Positions 52,672 to 63,123 are shown, counted from the stretch's first letter. The stretch: 64,000 bases of DNA from Microcoleus sp. (GCA_042408215.1 JAYFMW010000028.1:1-64000); one strand, 5' to 3'. Translations and numbers: made by a program. The notes: a model not told the origin generated them from the sequence alone.

Positions 52672-53796
52672 CTAGATGATTTCAAAGTTATTCGATCCAA
52701 GATTTAGGTTATTACCTACTTGAGCGACGATCGACACTTGACCGTTTTGATTGCGGTAGTACAGCGAACCGTCAACCGGGTTGTAGATGAGATTAGCCGC
52801 GCCTGTCACCCCAGGAGCGTTGGGATTGAAATTGGGGACGGTAATAAATTGGTTCCCAGTTAAATTGCCCGGTATTAAAGCATTAAAAACAGCTTTGTCA
52901 AGCTGTATTTTATCTTCTGTAGGATTAAAGTCGGTCAGCGTATCCATATTATCTATGCCGAGGAACTCGAAGCGGAATGTATCCGCCCCGGCACCACCTG
53001 TGAGGGTGTCATTTCCTCGATCGCCAGAAAGAATGTCGTTGCCAGCATCACCCATAACGAGATCGTTGCCTTTACCGCCGAACAAAATATCGTTGCCATC
53101 GCCGCCTCTTACGGTGTCATTTCCTAAGTTGCCGCTTACGAAATCATCCCCAGCGCCGCCAAATACCCAGTCGTCGCCTTTACCGCCGAAGATAGAGTCG
53201 TTGCCTTTGCCACCCACGACGACATCATGGCCCTTCCCTCCAAAAAGGGTATCGTTGCCTTTACCGCCGTCGAGGAAGTCATTGCCGCTATCGCCATAGA
53301 TGATGTCATCGCCCTCCTCGCCATAAAGAACGTCATCGCATTTACCGCCGAACACGGTATCGTTGCCAGCGCCAGCTCTAACGTAATCCTCCCCCTGGTT
53401 GCCTTCGATATAGTCGTTGCCGTCGCCGCCAGAGAGGATGTCGTTGCCGCGATCGCCGTAAAGGACATCATTGCCAGCATTGCCATCAACGATGTCATTG
53501 CCTTTACCGCCCATGACAGTATCATCGTTTTCGCCTCCAGAAAGCGTATCTTGTCCCTGGTTGCCTTGGATGACATCATTGCCACCGCCTCCACCAACGA
53601 GGTCGTTACCCCCTAGAGCAGCCAATTCTTCATCTTGGTTGGTGCCATAGGCAATGTCGTCCAAAGGAGTGAGGTTAAGTCGCGGGATACCGGGTCTAGT
53701 GGTGGGTCTGAGCTCACCGGAGCCTGTGATAATCAAACCATCACAGTCATCCGGGCCTGTACTGTGTGGTGGACTAGGAATTACGATTTGAGACAT
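52672..53796 (-). CDS. RTX/hemolysin-type calcium-binding protein
   Basis: Many GGxGxD nonapeptides, GGAGADTF, DTLTDF...DKI type I secretion tail. Confidence 0.9.
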   Translation of the reverse strand: MSQIVIPSPPHSTGPDDCDGLIITGSGELRPTTRPGIPRLNLTPLDDIAYGTNQDEELAALGGNDLVGGGGGNDVIQGNQGQDTLSGGENDDTVMGGKGNDIVDGNAGNDVLYGDRGNDILSGGDGNDYIEGNQGEDYVRAGAGNDTVFGGKCDDVLYGEEGDDIIYGDSGNDFLDGGKGNDTLFGGKGHDVVVGGKGNDSIFGGKGDDWVFGGAGDDFVSGNLGNDTVRGGDGNDILFGGKGNDLVMGDAGNDILSGDRGNDTLTGGAGADTFRFEFLGIDNMDTLTDFNPTEDKIQLDKAVFNALIPGNLTGNQFITVPNFNPNAPGVTGAANLIYNPVDGSLYYRNQNGQVSIVAQVGNNLNLGSNNFEII

Positions 53797-54360
53797 GGTA
53801 AATCCTTTGTTGAGGATAGTGATGTATGTGCAGTATCTGCACCCTAACGAGATGACAAACCAGCTAAAGAAAGCAATCAATCAAGCTTTTAAGCAAATTG
53901 ACCTAGAAATTGCAAATGATTGACAGGCCGATCGATCGTCAGTCAAGTTGCCGCCTGTCAGTTCGCCCGCCCGATCGACCCAACTACTAAGACAGCATTC
54001 AGTGGAAAGCTTTGGGGTTGGGTAGCATTTGTTACTTTGGACCCTAGCCAGTCATCTTGGATTGGGGAAGATCGATCGGGAGTATCTATATCTCTGGTCA
54101 GATTTACTAGCAAAAGTCCTGATGTCCGGAATAGCTTTGCGTGATATTACTGACTAACTGAAGGGTGACATAAAAGGAACAAAAGTACAGGGAATTGCGT
54201 CGCAGCGCAGCCCGCCCTTGTGGGTTTCTAAACAGCGTAAAATTCTCACCTTTAATTAGGGCGACCTACTTCACAAATCCATCTTTTGTGCAGATAGAAA
54301 TTCTCACTCAAATCACTCAAATAATGAGAAACTAATATTAGCGTTACCCTTTTTTGAGCG

Positions 54361-55455
54361 ATGACCAACCGGATTTTAATTATTGGAGGGCGGGGACGAA
54401 TTGGCACAAGCGTTGCCCAAGATATTCTCACCCATACCGACGCAGAAATTACTGTGACTGGGCGTGATTCTGAAGGCTCTATTCCGCCTGGACTTCCGCC
54501 GGATCGGGTGCAATATCTGGCTTTAAACTTAGCGGACAGTGCAGCTCTGGAAGAAGCAGTTTCATCCTCTAACCTTGTCGTCCACACTGCCGGGCCTTTT
54601 CATTACCGAGATGCTAGCGTGCTGAAAACTTCCATAGAAGCAGGTGTTAATTATACCGATGTCAGCGACAGCCGCCGTTTTACTAGCAGGGCTTTAGCAT
54701 ACCGCGAATTAGCCAAGAAAGCGGGTGTTACTGCTATTGTTAATACGGGAATTTTTCCGGGAGTTTCTAACAGCATGGTACGCCGAGATGTCGAGCATTT
54801 AGATACAGCAGAACACATCCATTTGAGTTATGTAGTCGGAGGTTCTGGCGGTGCTGGTGTCACCGTAATGAGAACGACTTTTTTAGGTTTGCAAACGCCT
54901 TTTGATGTTTGGATTGATGGCAAGTGGCAGCAGGTAAAACCCTACAGCGATCGCGAAACAATTGAATTTCCCCAACCCTACGGCAAAACAGGGGTTTACT
55001 GGTTCGATATGCCGGAAGCAATCACTTTGCCGGAAACTTTCCCAGTCAAAACAGTGATTACTAAATTCGGCACTTTTCCTGACCTTTACAATCATCTTAC
55101 CTGGTTTGTTGCTAAGTATTGGCCGGCTAGCTGGCTCAAAAATAAAGGAGTTATTGAATTTCTCTCCTATGTCAGTTATGGGATGACCGGTGTTAGCAAT
55201 AATTTTAGTGGGGTTGGGGTGGCGGTGCGATCGCAAGTAACCGGCCTCAAAAATGGCAAACCAGCTCAAGTTTGCTCGATCGCCCTACACGACAATGCTG
55301 CCGCCGCTACTGGCATCGGTACTGGCAGCATCGCTCAATTAATCTTAGAAGGCAAACTGACAAAACCGGGCGTTTGGTCGGTAGAACAGGCTCTTTCTAC
55401 GGAGCTATTTGAACGATCGATGCAGAGTCGCCACCTCAAAATCGATCGAGTTTGA
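54361..55455 (+). CDS. saccharopine dehydrogenase-like oxidoreductase
   Basis: IIGGRGRIG, HTAGPF, YTDVSD, GIFPGVSN. Confidence 0.85.
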   Translation: MTNRILIIGGRGRIGTSVAQDILTHTDAEITVTGRDSEGSIPPGLPPDRVQYLALNLADSAALEEAVSSSNLVVHTAGPFHYRDASVLKTSIEAGVNYTDVSDSRRFTSRALAYRELAKKAGVTAIVNTGIFPGVSNSMVRRDVEHLDTAEHIHLSYVVGGSGGAGVTVMRTTFLGLQTPFDVWIDGKWQQVKPYSDRETIEFPQPYGKTGVYWFDMPEAITLPETFPVKTVITKFGTFPDLYNHLTWFVAKYWPASWLKNKGVIEFLSYVSYGMTGVSNNFSGVGVAVRSQVTGLKNGKPAQVCSIALHDNAAAATGIGTGSIAQLILEGKLTKPGVWSVEQALSTELFERSMQSRHLKIDRV

Positions 55456-55556
55456 TGCCGTTAATCTATCTTCAGGTAGAAGTCTGTATAGCAATCAGCG
55501 TCTTAATATAAGCCCTAGCACAATAACTATCTCTTAAAATACGAGGAGAAATTGAC

Positions 55557-55904
55557 ATGAAGCGGGTTTTAAAAGCTCTGGGACAAACATTAAGTCGCTG
55601 CATTTTTCTGGGCTGTATGCTGACTTTAATTGGTTTAGCTGTAGTACCCAGTCAGGCTGCTCGCGCAGCAGGTCAATATAACAGTCAAGCGCAGCAGGGA
55701 GCTAAAATTACCGACCCCGCAGAAAATTTCGAGGATTTGAATCCCCAAGAAGCTTACGAAGAAATAGTCAAAAGCGCTCAAAATCCTGCAAAGGTAGAGA
55801 AGGTTTACGAAGAAAGCTTACAGGAGTACAAAGCAGAGCATCCACAAGAAAGTTTAGTGGAAAAAGCTGAAGATTTCATCGAAAAAGTAACGGGGAATGA
55901 ATAA
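55557..55904 (+). CDS. secreted hypothetical protein
   Basis: GAGGAG RBS, signal peptide, acidic helical body. Confidence 0.65.
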   Translation: MKRVLKALGQTLSRCIFLGCMLTLIGLAVVPSQAARAAGQYNSQAQQGAKITDPAENFEDLNPQEAYEEIVKSAQNPAKVEKVYEESLQEYKAEHPQESLVEKAEDFIEKVTGNE

Positions 55905-55982
55905 ATTAACATATTTCTATCTAACTCAAATTGCTAGGAATAGGGCCTAGGGAATAGGGCATGGGGAATAGGGAAACCCCAC

Positions 55983-56209
55983 AATAAATGTCGCTTTTAG
56001 GCGAAGTCTAGATCCCCCTAAATCCCCCTTAATCAGGGAGTAGGGTGTGAGTAGGGGTTGACTTTGAGAAATACTCTTGTCCCTTCCGAGTGTAGGGGCG
56101 GTGCCAAGAGTGCCCGCCCTCCTTAGGGGGATCGCGCAGTTCGATACAAACAAGAAAGACTGTCGGTTTGACGTCAGGTTGTCACCAATGGGCAGAGCCT
56201 GGGAACGAG
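55983..56209. mobile_element. partial copy of the MITE family with a nested GTAGGGGCG..CGCCC element
   Basis: aataaatgtcgcttttaggcgaagtctagatccccctaaatccccctt shared with the 15 kb copy; right TIR ggttgtcaccaatg plus ggcagagcctgggaacgag. Confidence 0.7.
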
Positions 56210-56298
56210 TAGAACCCCCCTTAAGGAAGATGAATAAATAGCAATTTTTCAAGTAAATTTAGTGATAGTTACAGTTAAATGAAAAGCCCAAAAATATC

Positions 56299-56820
56299 AT
56301 GGCAAATAAAAAAAAATCCGTGAAGGAATCTGATGCCAACATTGACCCGATTTCCGGGGAAACGGGGGCACATCCAGTGGGAACGGGTATCGGTGCGGCG
56401 AGTGCGGGTGCTGCGGGTGCTGCGATCGGCGGTGCTGTGGGGGGACCCGTGGGAGCAGTTGTGGGGGCTGTTGTAGGCGCGTTTAGCGGTGGTTTGGCTG
56501 GTAAAGGTGTAGCAGAGGCGATCGACCCTACAGTAGAAGATGCTTACTGGCAAAACAACTACACCTCTAGTTCTTACGCAGATCCGGGCGCGACATACGA
56601 AGACTATGAGCCTGCATACCGCACTGGCTATGAGGGATACAGCCGCTACTCCGCTACTGGTAAGAGCTTCAACGAGCTTGAAGACGATTTGCAGCGCGAC
56701 TACGAAATCAATCGCGGTAAGTCTAATGTGCAGTGGGAAAAAGCTAAGCACGCCGCCCAGGACGCTTGGAATCGCGTTGAACGCGCTATTCCTGGAGACA
56801 TAGACAAAGACGGCCGCTAA
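56299..56820 (+). CDS. glycine-zipper stress-type protein
   Basis: DPISGETGAHPVGTG, GxxxG zipper, EDAYW..NY, PAYRTG, WEKAK.A..DAW. Confidence 0.8.
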   Translation: MANKKKSVKESDANIDPISGETGAHPVGTGIGAASAGAAGAAIGGAVGGPVGAVVGAVVGAFSGGLAGKGVAEAIDPTVEDAYWQNNYTSSSYADPGATYEDYEPAYRTGYEGYSRYSATGKSFNELEDDLQRDYEINRGKSNVQWEKAKHAAQDAWNRVERAIPGDIDKDGR

Positions 56821-56900
56821 GGGCGATCGCGAATATTGCGGTTTTTCTGTTGATATCAGGCACAATTTTCAACAGGAATTTGGCGAAATTATTCGGGTTT

Positions 56901-56935
56901 AAAACCCCTCTCTGTTTCGGGGAGGGGTCTTTTTT
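56901..56935 (+). terminator. intrinsic terminator
   Basis: acccctctctg-ttt-cggggaggggt hairpin followed by a T-run. Confidence 0.7.
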
Positions 56936-56968
56936 AAGCTCAGTTAAAAGTTTTTCAGCATCGGAATT

Positions 56969-57082
56969 GATATCAGATCAATTCCGCTCTTCATCGAAAA
57001 TATTCATCTCTCTCTGATCTCCCTCTGCGTTCTCTGCGTTCTAGAAAGGTTAAATCATTCCGATGCAACCAAAATTGATATG
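56969..57082. repeat. ~105-bp dispersed element, inverted copy at 61828-61932
   Basis: ccgct..atcgaaa.tattca..tctct..ctctgcg.tctctgcg..ggttaaatcattccgat matches the reverse complement of the 61.8 kb copy. Confidence 0.7.
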
Positions 57083-57170
57083 ATGCTGGATTTGAAATTG
57101 ACACTTTTTGACACAATTAGCCTTACAATTAAACTAATTCAGGACCGATCGTTCAAAATAGGTATAAATT

Positions 57171-58499
57171 GTGGAAGAAATATTGGCACAAGCTTGGACT
57201 CTCAAGCAAAATTTAATTGACTTTGTACTGGAATCTGAGGGAGAATTGGCCGTAGCTTTGGAAGCTTATGTAGCCGATCGCTCTTCGCGGGATCGCTATG
57301 ATATTGCTCAGCAAAATCAAATAATTGACAGTTTTACCGTTGAAGGCAAAGTCGGAGATAAAATCCCGATCGACCTTTTTATCGCAAGTCAGCCAGATTT
57401 AACCGAGAGCGATCGCAACTTGCTAGAAAGTTGGCGACACAGGAGCTTTACTGGTTTATTTGAAATCACTCAAATTTCCCCAGAGGGCTTCGATCTAACC
57501 AACTGGCTCACCAACAAACAATACGCAGTCAAACCCAACAGTCCTAATTTTCTGCAAGAAATGTCTCGGTTTAAGTTAGGAGAAATTTTGCTAACTCGCA
57601 TTGCTCCTCTCACCGATAACTGCTGGATATTATCGGGTCCTCCCATACCGATGGGGAAATTGGGCAAGCCGAAATTGGCAGTTGCGATCGGCAATTTCAA
57701 GCAGAATCACAAAAAATCTCTGTACAGCGATGCGCCGGAATTGTTAGAGCAGGCTTGGCAGTCGGTAGAACAGTATCATGTAGATTTTACCGAATTTTTT
57801 GACAGCGATGAAGTGACGCTATCGGGATATCATCTGAATAAAAAAATTGCAGAATTTCAGGAATTCATCACTAAAAAACGCTTAGCTGATGCAGGCTTTG
57901 ATGAAACTAAATCTCTCGCCCAGATAGTTGAAGATGCTGGAGTCGATGCTGAAGAAATTAAAGCAGCCGCAATCGCAGCCAGCGGTGCAGATCCCTCTTC
58001 AGTTGACGTAGCGATCGACAGTAACTCAAAAATGGTAATGCCTAAAGCTGAGTTGCCCGATCGCTTCAAGAAAGCCGAACAGGTGACAGCACTTTCTCAT
58101 CCGCGCTGGGGCCAAACGTTTTTGTCTACCTACACTCAATTCACCGCCATGCTAGCAGCAGAAGACTGTCTAAGCATTCCCGGTGCCGAAAAACTGGTTC
58201 GCAACTATTTAGAAGATCCGGCAATTAATGCCTGGATTTGGCAGCGGTTAGCTAAAGTTGATCCAGCTAAACTAGAACAAGTTTTGCAAACAGTATTGGA
58301 ACGGCCTGATTTTCAGATCCATCGGGATTTAGATGCGCTGCTGCTGGAATTTAACAAACCTTTAGAACCCGAATTGCCGGAAATTGCGAGCGTTCCTTTA
58401 CACTTGCACAATTTATTTCAGGAAGCTTTAGGCGAAGTCAATAAGTCAAAGTCTAAGCCGCAGGATAAAAAGAAAAGCTCTAAGGGTTTTAAATCCTAA
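57171..58499 (+). CDS. conserved hypothetical protein
   Basis: 442-aa ORF, AGG upstream of GTG start, basic tail. Confidence 0.75.
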   Translation: MEEILAQAWTLKQNLIDFVLESEGELAVALEAYVADRSSRDRYDIAQQNQIIDSFTVEGKVGDKIPIDLFIASQPDLTESDRNLLESWRHRSFTGLFEITQISPEGFDLTNWLTNKQYAVKPNSPNFLQEMSRFKLGEILLTRIAPLTDNCWILSGPPIPMGKLGKPKLAVAIGNFKQNHKKSLYSDAPELLEQAWQSVEQYHVDFTEFFDSDEVTLSGYHLNKKIAEFQEFITKKRLADAGFDETKSLAQIVEDAGVDAEEIKAAAIAASGADPSSVDVAIDSNSKMVMPKAELPDRFKKAEQVTALSHPRWGQTFLSTYTQFTAMLAAEDCLSIPGAEKLVRNYLEDPAINAWIWQRLAKVDPAKLEQVLQTVLERPDFQIHRDLDALLLEFNKPLEPELPEIASVPLHLHNLFQEALGEVNKSKSKPQDKKKSSKGFKS

Positions 58500-58743
58500 C
58501 CTCCTTTGCGCTTGTCGGTATCGAGATTTCTGCACGGAGGCGTAAGATCACTTAGTCTGACGGCTTGATTGCTGGCAGTATCAGGATAGTTTCGGAGATT
58601 TCAGCAGCAAACGGAATGCAGGAAAATATCGGCTCGTTGCAATCCCGCAGAGATCGACTAGAGCCATTTTGGGCGCGTTATGTCAAGCTTCCTCACATCA
58701 TCAAAAAGTGAATCTGTAGGGTGCGCCTCGGCGCACCTTACCG

Positions 58744-59097
58744 CTACCAAAATAATTCTAATCTTCGAGCCGAACAGCCATCCGTTGCAGCGGCAAACTG
58801 AGGATGCTCGAAACAGTCAACAAGTAAGAAAGCACAGTGCTCAACTTCAGACTCAGCAACAGCCAGCTCTCCTCCGGCCGATGAAGTTTTAGCCCCGCAA
58901 CAGAGATGCAGTAAACTATCCAGTAAATAAAGCTCATCTCGATCGGGATTTCTTCGCTTAAAGTTCGCGCGTGCGAAGCTATCCCGTAGGGAATCGTCCG
59001 TTGGCTGCGAGTTGCGATCGCACAACAGGACTAGACCGGCAAGAGAAGCCATAAAAGAAACCATAACGAGATAGTCATGCCAGTTAAGAGCAACCAT
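58744..59097 (-). CDS. possible small membrane-anchored protein
   Basis: AAGGA RBS-like site, N-terminal hydrophobic helix; no recognisable family. Confidence 0.35.
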   Translation of the reverse strand: MVALNWHDYLVMVSFMASLAGLVLLCDRNSQPTDDSLRDSFARANFKRRNPDRDELYLLDSLLHLCCGAKTSSAGGELAVAESEVEHCAFLLVDCFEHPQFAAATDGCSARRLELFW

Positions 59098-59209
59098 TTT
59101 AAAATTTCCTTGTTATCCTAATTTTTAGCATCAAACATTAGTCTAAAGGATATGTTTTCCCAGTCAAAGCAATAGTTACAAATTGACACAGCCGCAGTTA
59201 CAAATCTCA

Positions 59210-60109
59210 ATGAACAATAATCGCGATCGGCAGCCACACCGTTTAGTCAGCCGAAAAGGACAATTCACCCTGAATGTTGTCAGGCTAGGCCTACCTCGCC
59301 TGCATTTCGCCGACCTTTACCACTGGTTGCTAACTCTTTCTTGACCTGGATTTTTTACTTTAATTAGTCTGCTGTATGTCATCACAAATTCTTTATTTGC
59401 CTTAGCTTATTTAGCGGGAGGAGATTGCATCGCCAATGCTAGACCCGGTTCCTTCAAAGATGCCTTTTATTTCAGCGTGCAAACAATGGCGACGATCGGC
59501 TACGGTTCCATGTATCCGCGCACGGATTATGCTAATATAATAGTTGCTATCCAAGCGCTTTTTGGTCTATGGGGAGTGGCGATGGTGACGGGACTTGCCT
59601 TTGCTAGATTTTCCAAGCCGACAGCTAGAGTTATATTCAGCCGCGTCGCTGTTATCGCTCCTTTCAACGGCGTTCCAACTCTCATGTACCGCACAGCAAA
59701 TCAGCGCTTCAATCAAATTTTAGAAGCGCAGCAACGAGCTACTTTAATTCGCGATGAGGTAACACTTGAAGGAGAAGTAATGCGCCGTTTTTACGACTTA
59801 GAATTACTGCGGAGTCAATCACCTATTTTTGCACTAACTTGGACGGTTATGCACGCAATAGATGAGAACAGTCCTCTGTACAAACTTACTGCAAAAGACT
59901 TGGTAGAGCAGCAAGCGGAGATTGTCATTACCTTAACGGGACTTGACGAAACCGTTTCGCAAACAATTCACGCCCGCCATTCTTTCGTAGCATCAGAAAT
60001 TTTGTGGGATCTGCGGTTTGTAGATATTATATCCAGAACGCCCGCAGGAAAACGGGTAGTTGACTACACTCGCTTTCACGAAGTGAAGCCTCTGGAATCA
60101 AACTTTTGA
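59210..60109 (+). pseudogene. inward-rectifier (KirBac-like) potassium channel with in-frame TGA
   Basis: ATG 59210 in frame; DLYHWLLTLS*PGF (TGA 59342-59344 at a W position); TIGYG filter; FARFSKP. Confidence 0.85.
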
Positions 60110-60176
60110 TTGAGCCAGTGCTACAATACCTGTATGGCAACACAAGTTAATATTTATGAACTCAATAACTGTGAAT

Positions 60177-60503
60177 ATGACACTGAAAGAATTGCAACCG
60201 CAACTCCTGGCTTTAACTCCCGAAGAAAAGGCTCAAGCTATACAATTACTATCTCAAAGTTTAAGCAACATTTGGCCGGGAATTCAAAAGACTCCCGGCT
60301 TGTGCGGCGGCGATGCTTGTATCAGACAAACGCGAATTCCTGTTTGGGTGCTGGTGAATGCTAGCCGTTTAGGTATTTCTGAAGCTCAACTCCTAGAAGA
60401 CTATCCGACTCTGCGTGCCGCTGACTTGGCGAATGCTTTTAGTTATGCTGAGGCCTATCCTGATGAGATTGAAACAGCAATTCTAGAAAATGAGGAAGAT
60501 TGA
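60177..60503 (+). CDS. DUF433 antitoxin-like protein
   Basis: IQKTPGLCGGDACIRQTRIPVW..YP.L..ADL.NA..Y. Confidence 0.88.
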   Translation: MTLKELQPQLLALTPEEKAQAIQLLSQSLSNIWPGIQKTPGLCGGDACIRQTRIPVWVLVNASRLGISEAQLLEDYPTLRAADLANAFSYAEAYPDEIETAILENEED

Positions 60504-60506
60504 AAA

Positions 60507-60848
60507 GTGGCGCGTTTTTATGCAGATGAACAATACCCCAAGCGGGTTGTGGAATTGCTGAGGAATTTAGGTCACGATGTCCTTACCGTACAGGAAGCAG
60601 GAAATGCTAATCAAAAAATTCCTGATGAAGAAGTGTTAGCTTTTGCATTGAGTATTGACCGCGCTATTTTAACGCTCAATCGCCGTGATTTTATCAGGTT
60701 GCATACATTACAACCAGACCATGCTGGTATCATTGTTTGTAAAGATGATTCAAATAGGGAGCGGCTGGCTGTACGCATTAATCAAGCTATTTATAATCTG
60801 GAAACATTGAGAAGTTTACTGATTCGAGTTAACCGTCCTTCGGAGTGA
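60507..60848 (+). CDS. DUF5615 PIN-like toxin
   Basis: FYADEQYP, GHDV, PDEEVL, LTLNRRDF, HAGII. Confidence 0.88.
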   Translation: MARFYADEQYPKRVVELLRNLGHDVLTVQEAGNANQKIPDEEVLAFALSIDRAILTLNRRDFIRLHTLQPDHAGIIVCKDDSNRERLAVRINQAIYNLETLRSLLIRVNRPSE

Positions 60849-60854
60849 GTATAA

Positions 60855-61100
60855 GTGATAGAATACCCCTGGTCTGGAATTCAAAAGACTCCCGGCGTCA
60901 TGGGCGGTGAAGCCTGTATCCGAAAAACGCGGATTCCTGTTTGGCTGTTGGTGAGTTATCGCCGTCAAGGTGCCACCGATGCTCATATTTTAGAAGGTCA
61001 TCCCGATCTGAGTGCAGCAGATTTGGTGAATGCTTTTAGTTATGCTGAGGCCTATCCTGATGAGATTGAAACAGCAATTCTAGAACAAGAAGAGGCATAA
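60855..61100 (+). CDS. second DUF433 protein (core domain only)
   Basis: IQKTPGVMGGEACIRKTRIPVW; 3' end nearly identical to first copy. Confidence 0.8.
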   Translation: MIEYPWSGIQKTPGVMGGEACIRKTRIPVWLLVSYRRQGATDAHILEGHPDLSAADLVNAFSYAEAYPDEIETAILEQEEA

Positions 61101-61103
61101 ATT

Positions 61104-61150
61104 GTGGCGCGTCTTTATGCAGATTAATAACAATACTCGTTTCCTGTTGT
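61104..61150 (+). pseudogene. remnant of a second DUF5615 gene
   Basis: gtggcgcgtctttatgcagat then TAA TAA; matches the start of the 60507 gene. Confidence 0.65.
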
Positions 61151-61161
61151 ATTTTCTCTCT

Positions 61162-61734
61162 TTATTGTGTTTCTTCCTCTGTAAAAATAGGAGGCCACAA
61201 TTCAGAAACTGGCAATTCCCAACCAGAAACAAGTTCTGGTATAGTTAAGATATCCCCATTTTGTAAAATTTGTGGTTCGCCAGAAGAGCGATAAATTGTA
61301 ACTGTTTCTTCATCAGGATCGATCAGAATTCCCACAATCGCTCCGAGTTCAATAAATTTCAGAATCTTGGTTTCGATCGGCTTAATGCGATCGCTCTGAG
61401 ATTTAATCTCTACCACCAAATCGGGGACAAGTTGTCCGAAATAACGCGGACTTTGACGCAATCGTGCGGCGCGCACAAAAGAAACATCGGGTGCTTTTAG
61501 GTTAGCATCTGGCATGATGAAACCGCCTGCGGAGTCAAAAACTCGTCCGAGACGGCGGGGATTTATCCAAGCGAAAAGAAAGGCGATGAGACGGCTGCTG
61601 ATTTCGCTGGATACGATGTCTGATGGGCCCATAATTAAAATCCTCCCGTCTTCTAGTTCAATTTGGTAATCTAAACCAGCTTCGGAAAAAGCGGTTTGAA
61701 CTTGCTCTACATCTTTGACAGTCATCGTTGACAT
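61162..61734 (-). CDS. Uma2 family endonuclease
   Basis: APDVSFV, PDLVVEIKS.SD, GILIDP. Confidence 0.9.
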   Translation of the reverse strand: MSTMTVKDVEQVQTAFSEAGLDYQIELEDGRILIMGPSDIVSSEISSRLIAFLFAWINPRRLGRVFDSAGGFIMPDANLKAPDVSFVRAARLRQSPRYFGQLVPDLVVEIKSQSDRIKPIETKILKFIELGAIVGILIDPDEETVTIYRSSGEPQILQNGDILTIPELVSGWELPVSELWPPIFTEEETQ

Positions 61735-61950
61735 AGGATTTTTCTCCCGTTATGAGCTGATATTTCATTTTAGCACGATCGCCATTTTCAACCTACTGGA
61801 TTTGCGGGAGCATAAACGATGGGATAATATAGTTTACAATTGGATCGGAATGATTTAACCGCAGAGAGCGCAGAGGACACAGAGTCAGAGAAGAGAGATG
61901 TGAATAATTTCGATACCAGCGGATTTGATATAACTAACACAAAAAAAAAT

Positions 61951-63120
61951 ATGAAAATTAACCCGACTCGAATGCAATCGGTACAGTCGCCAATTATTCC
62001 TGTTATTGGTGAACTAATCAGTCAAAATCCGGGAACCATATCATTAGGACAAGGCGTGGTTTCTTACAATCCGCCACCACAATCTTTTGCAAAAATTCCC
62101 GAATTTCTCGCAAATCCCGAAAATCACAAATACAAAGCAGTCGAAGGAATTCCGCCTTTACTCGATTTAATTTCAGCCAAACTTAAAGCAGATAACAACA
62201 TAGAAATTAATAGTAAAAACTCCATTGTTGTTACTGCTGGCAGCAATATGGGTTTTATCAATGCCATTCTTGCTATCACTTCGGCGGGGGATGAAATTAT
62301 TATTCAATCGCCTTATTACTTCAACCATGAAATGGCGATTTTCATGGCAAATTGCCGTCCCGTAATCGTAGAAACTGACGAAAATTATCAACTCAATCCC
62401 GATGCAATAAAAAAAGCAATTACCGACAAAACGCGAGGGATTGTCACCATTTCACCAAACAACCCAACCGGCGTAGTTTATACTCCCGAAGCACTCCGGG
62501 AAGTGAACGAAATCTGCCGCCAACACAACATCTATCATATCAGCGATGAAGCCTACGAATATTTTACTTATGACGGCGTTAAACACTTTTCCCCCGCAGC
62601 TTTTTCTCATAGCAACGAACACACAATTTCCCTATTTACTCTCTCCAAAGCCTACGGTTTTGCTAGTTGGCGGATTGGGTATATGGTAATACCAGAACAT
62701 TTGCTAGATTCAGTGAGGAAAATTCAAGATACAATCCTAATTTGTCCGCCAGTAATTTCGCAATATGCAGCCTTGGGAGCCTTGCAAGTTGGGCGAGAAT
62801 ACTGCGATAATCATGTAAGGGCGATCGCCTCTGTGCGACAACTTGTCTTAAATGAACTAAACACCTTGCAAAACTTGTGTACAATTTCCCCAGCCTGCGG
62901 AGCTTTCTACTTTTTCTTGAAAGTTGACACACAACTCGATACAATGGAATTAGTAGAAAAATTAATTCGCGAATATCAAGTGGCTGTGCTTCCCGGTACA
63001 ACTTTCGGCATGGATCATGGCTGCTATTTGCGAGTCGCCTACGGTGCTCTGGAACTTGAAACCTGCGCCGCAGGAATTAGCAGATTAGTTAAAGGTTTGA
63101 AGACAATTTTAGGAGCTTAA
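61951..63120 (+). CDS. PLP-dependent class I/II aminotransferase
   Basis: ISLGQG, SPNNPTG, SDEAY, SKAYGFASWRIGY; upstream ORF extension is a repeat element. Confidence 0.9.
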   Translation: MKINPTRMQSVQSPIIPVIGELISQNPGTISLGQGVVSYNPPPQSFAKIPEFLANPENHKYKAVEGIPPLLDLISAKLKADNNIEINSKNSIVVTAGSNMGFINAILAITSAGDEIIIQSPYYFNHEMAIFMANCRPVIVETDENYQLNPDAIKKAITDKTRGIVTISPNNPTGVVYTPEALREVNEICRQHNIYHISDEAYEYFTYDGVKHFSPAAFSHSNEHTISLFTLSKAYGFASWRIGYMVIPEHLLDSVRKIQDTILICPPVISQYAALGALQVGREYCDNHVRAIASVRQLVLNELNTLQNLCTISPACGAFYFFLKVDTQLDTMELVEKLIREYQVAVLPGTTFGMDHGCYLRVAYGALELETCAAGISRLVKGLKTILGA

Positions 63121-63123
63121 AAA

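Noticed and set aside
52787..53616. Alternative-frame ORFs over the RTX gene
   Set aside because: Frame and antisense shadows of GGxGxD repeats
58500..58740. Possible ncRNA or riboswitch in the intergenic region
   Set aside because: No recognisable conserved motif by eye; an Rfam/Infernal search would be needed
61840..61950. N-terminal extension of the aminotransferase
   Set aside because: Overlaps the dispersed repeat also found inverted at about 56969-57082
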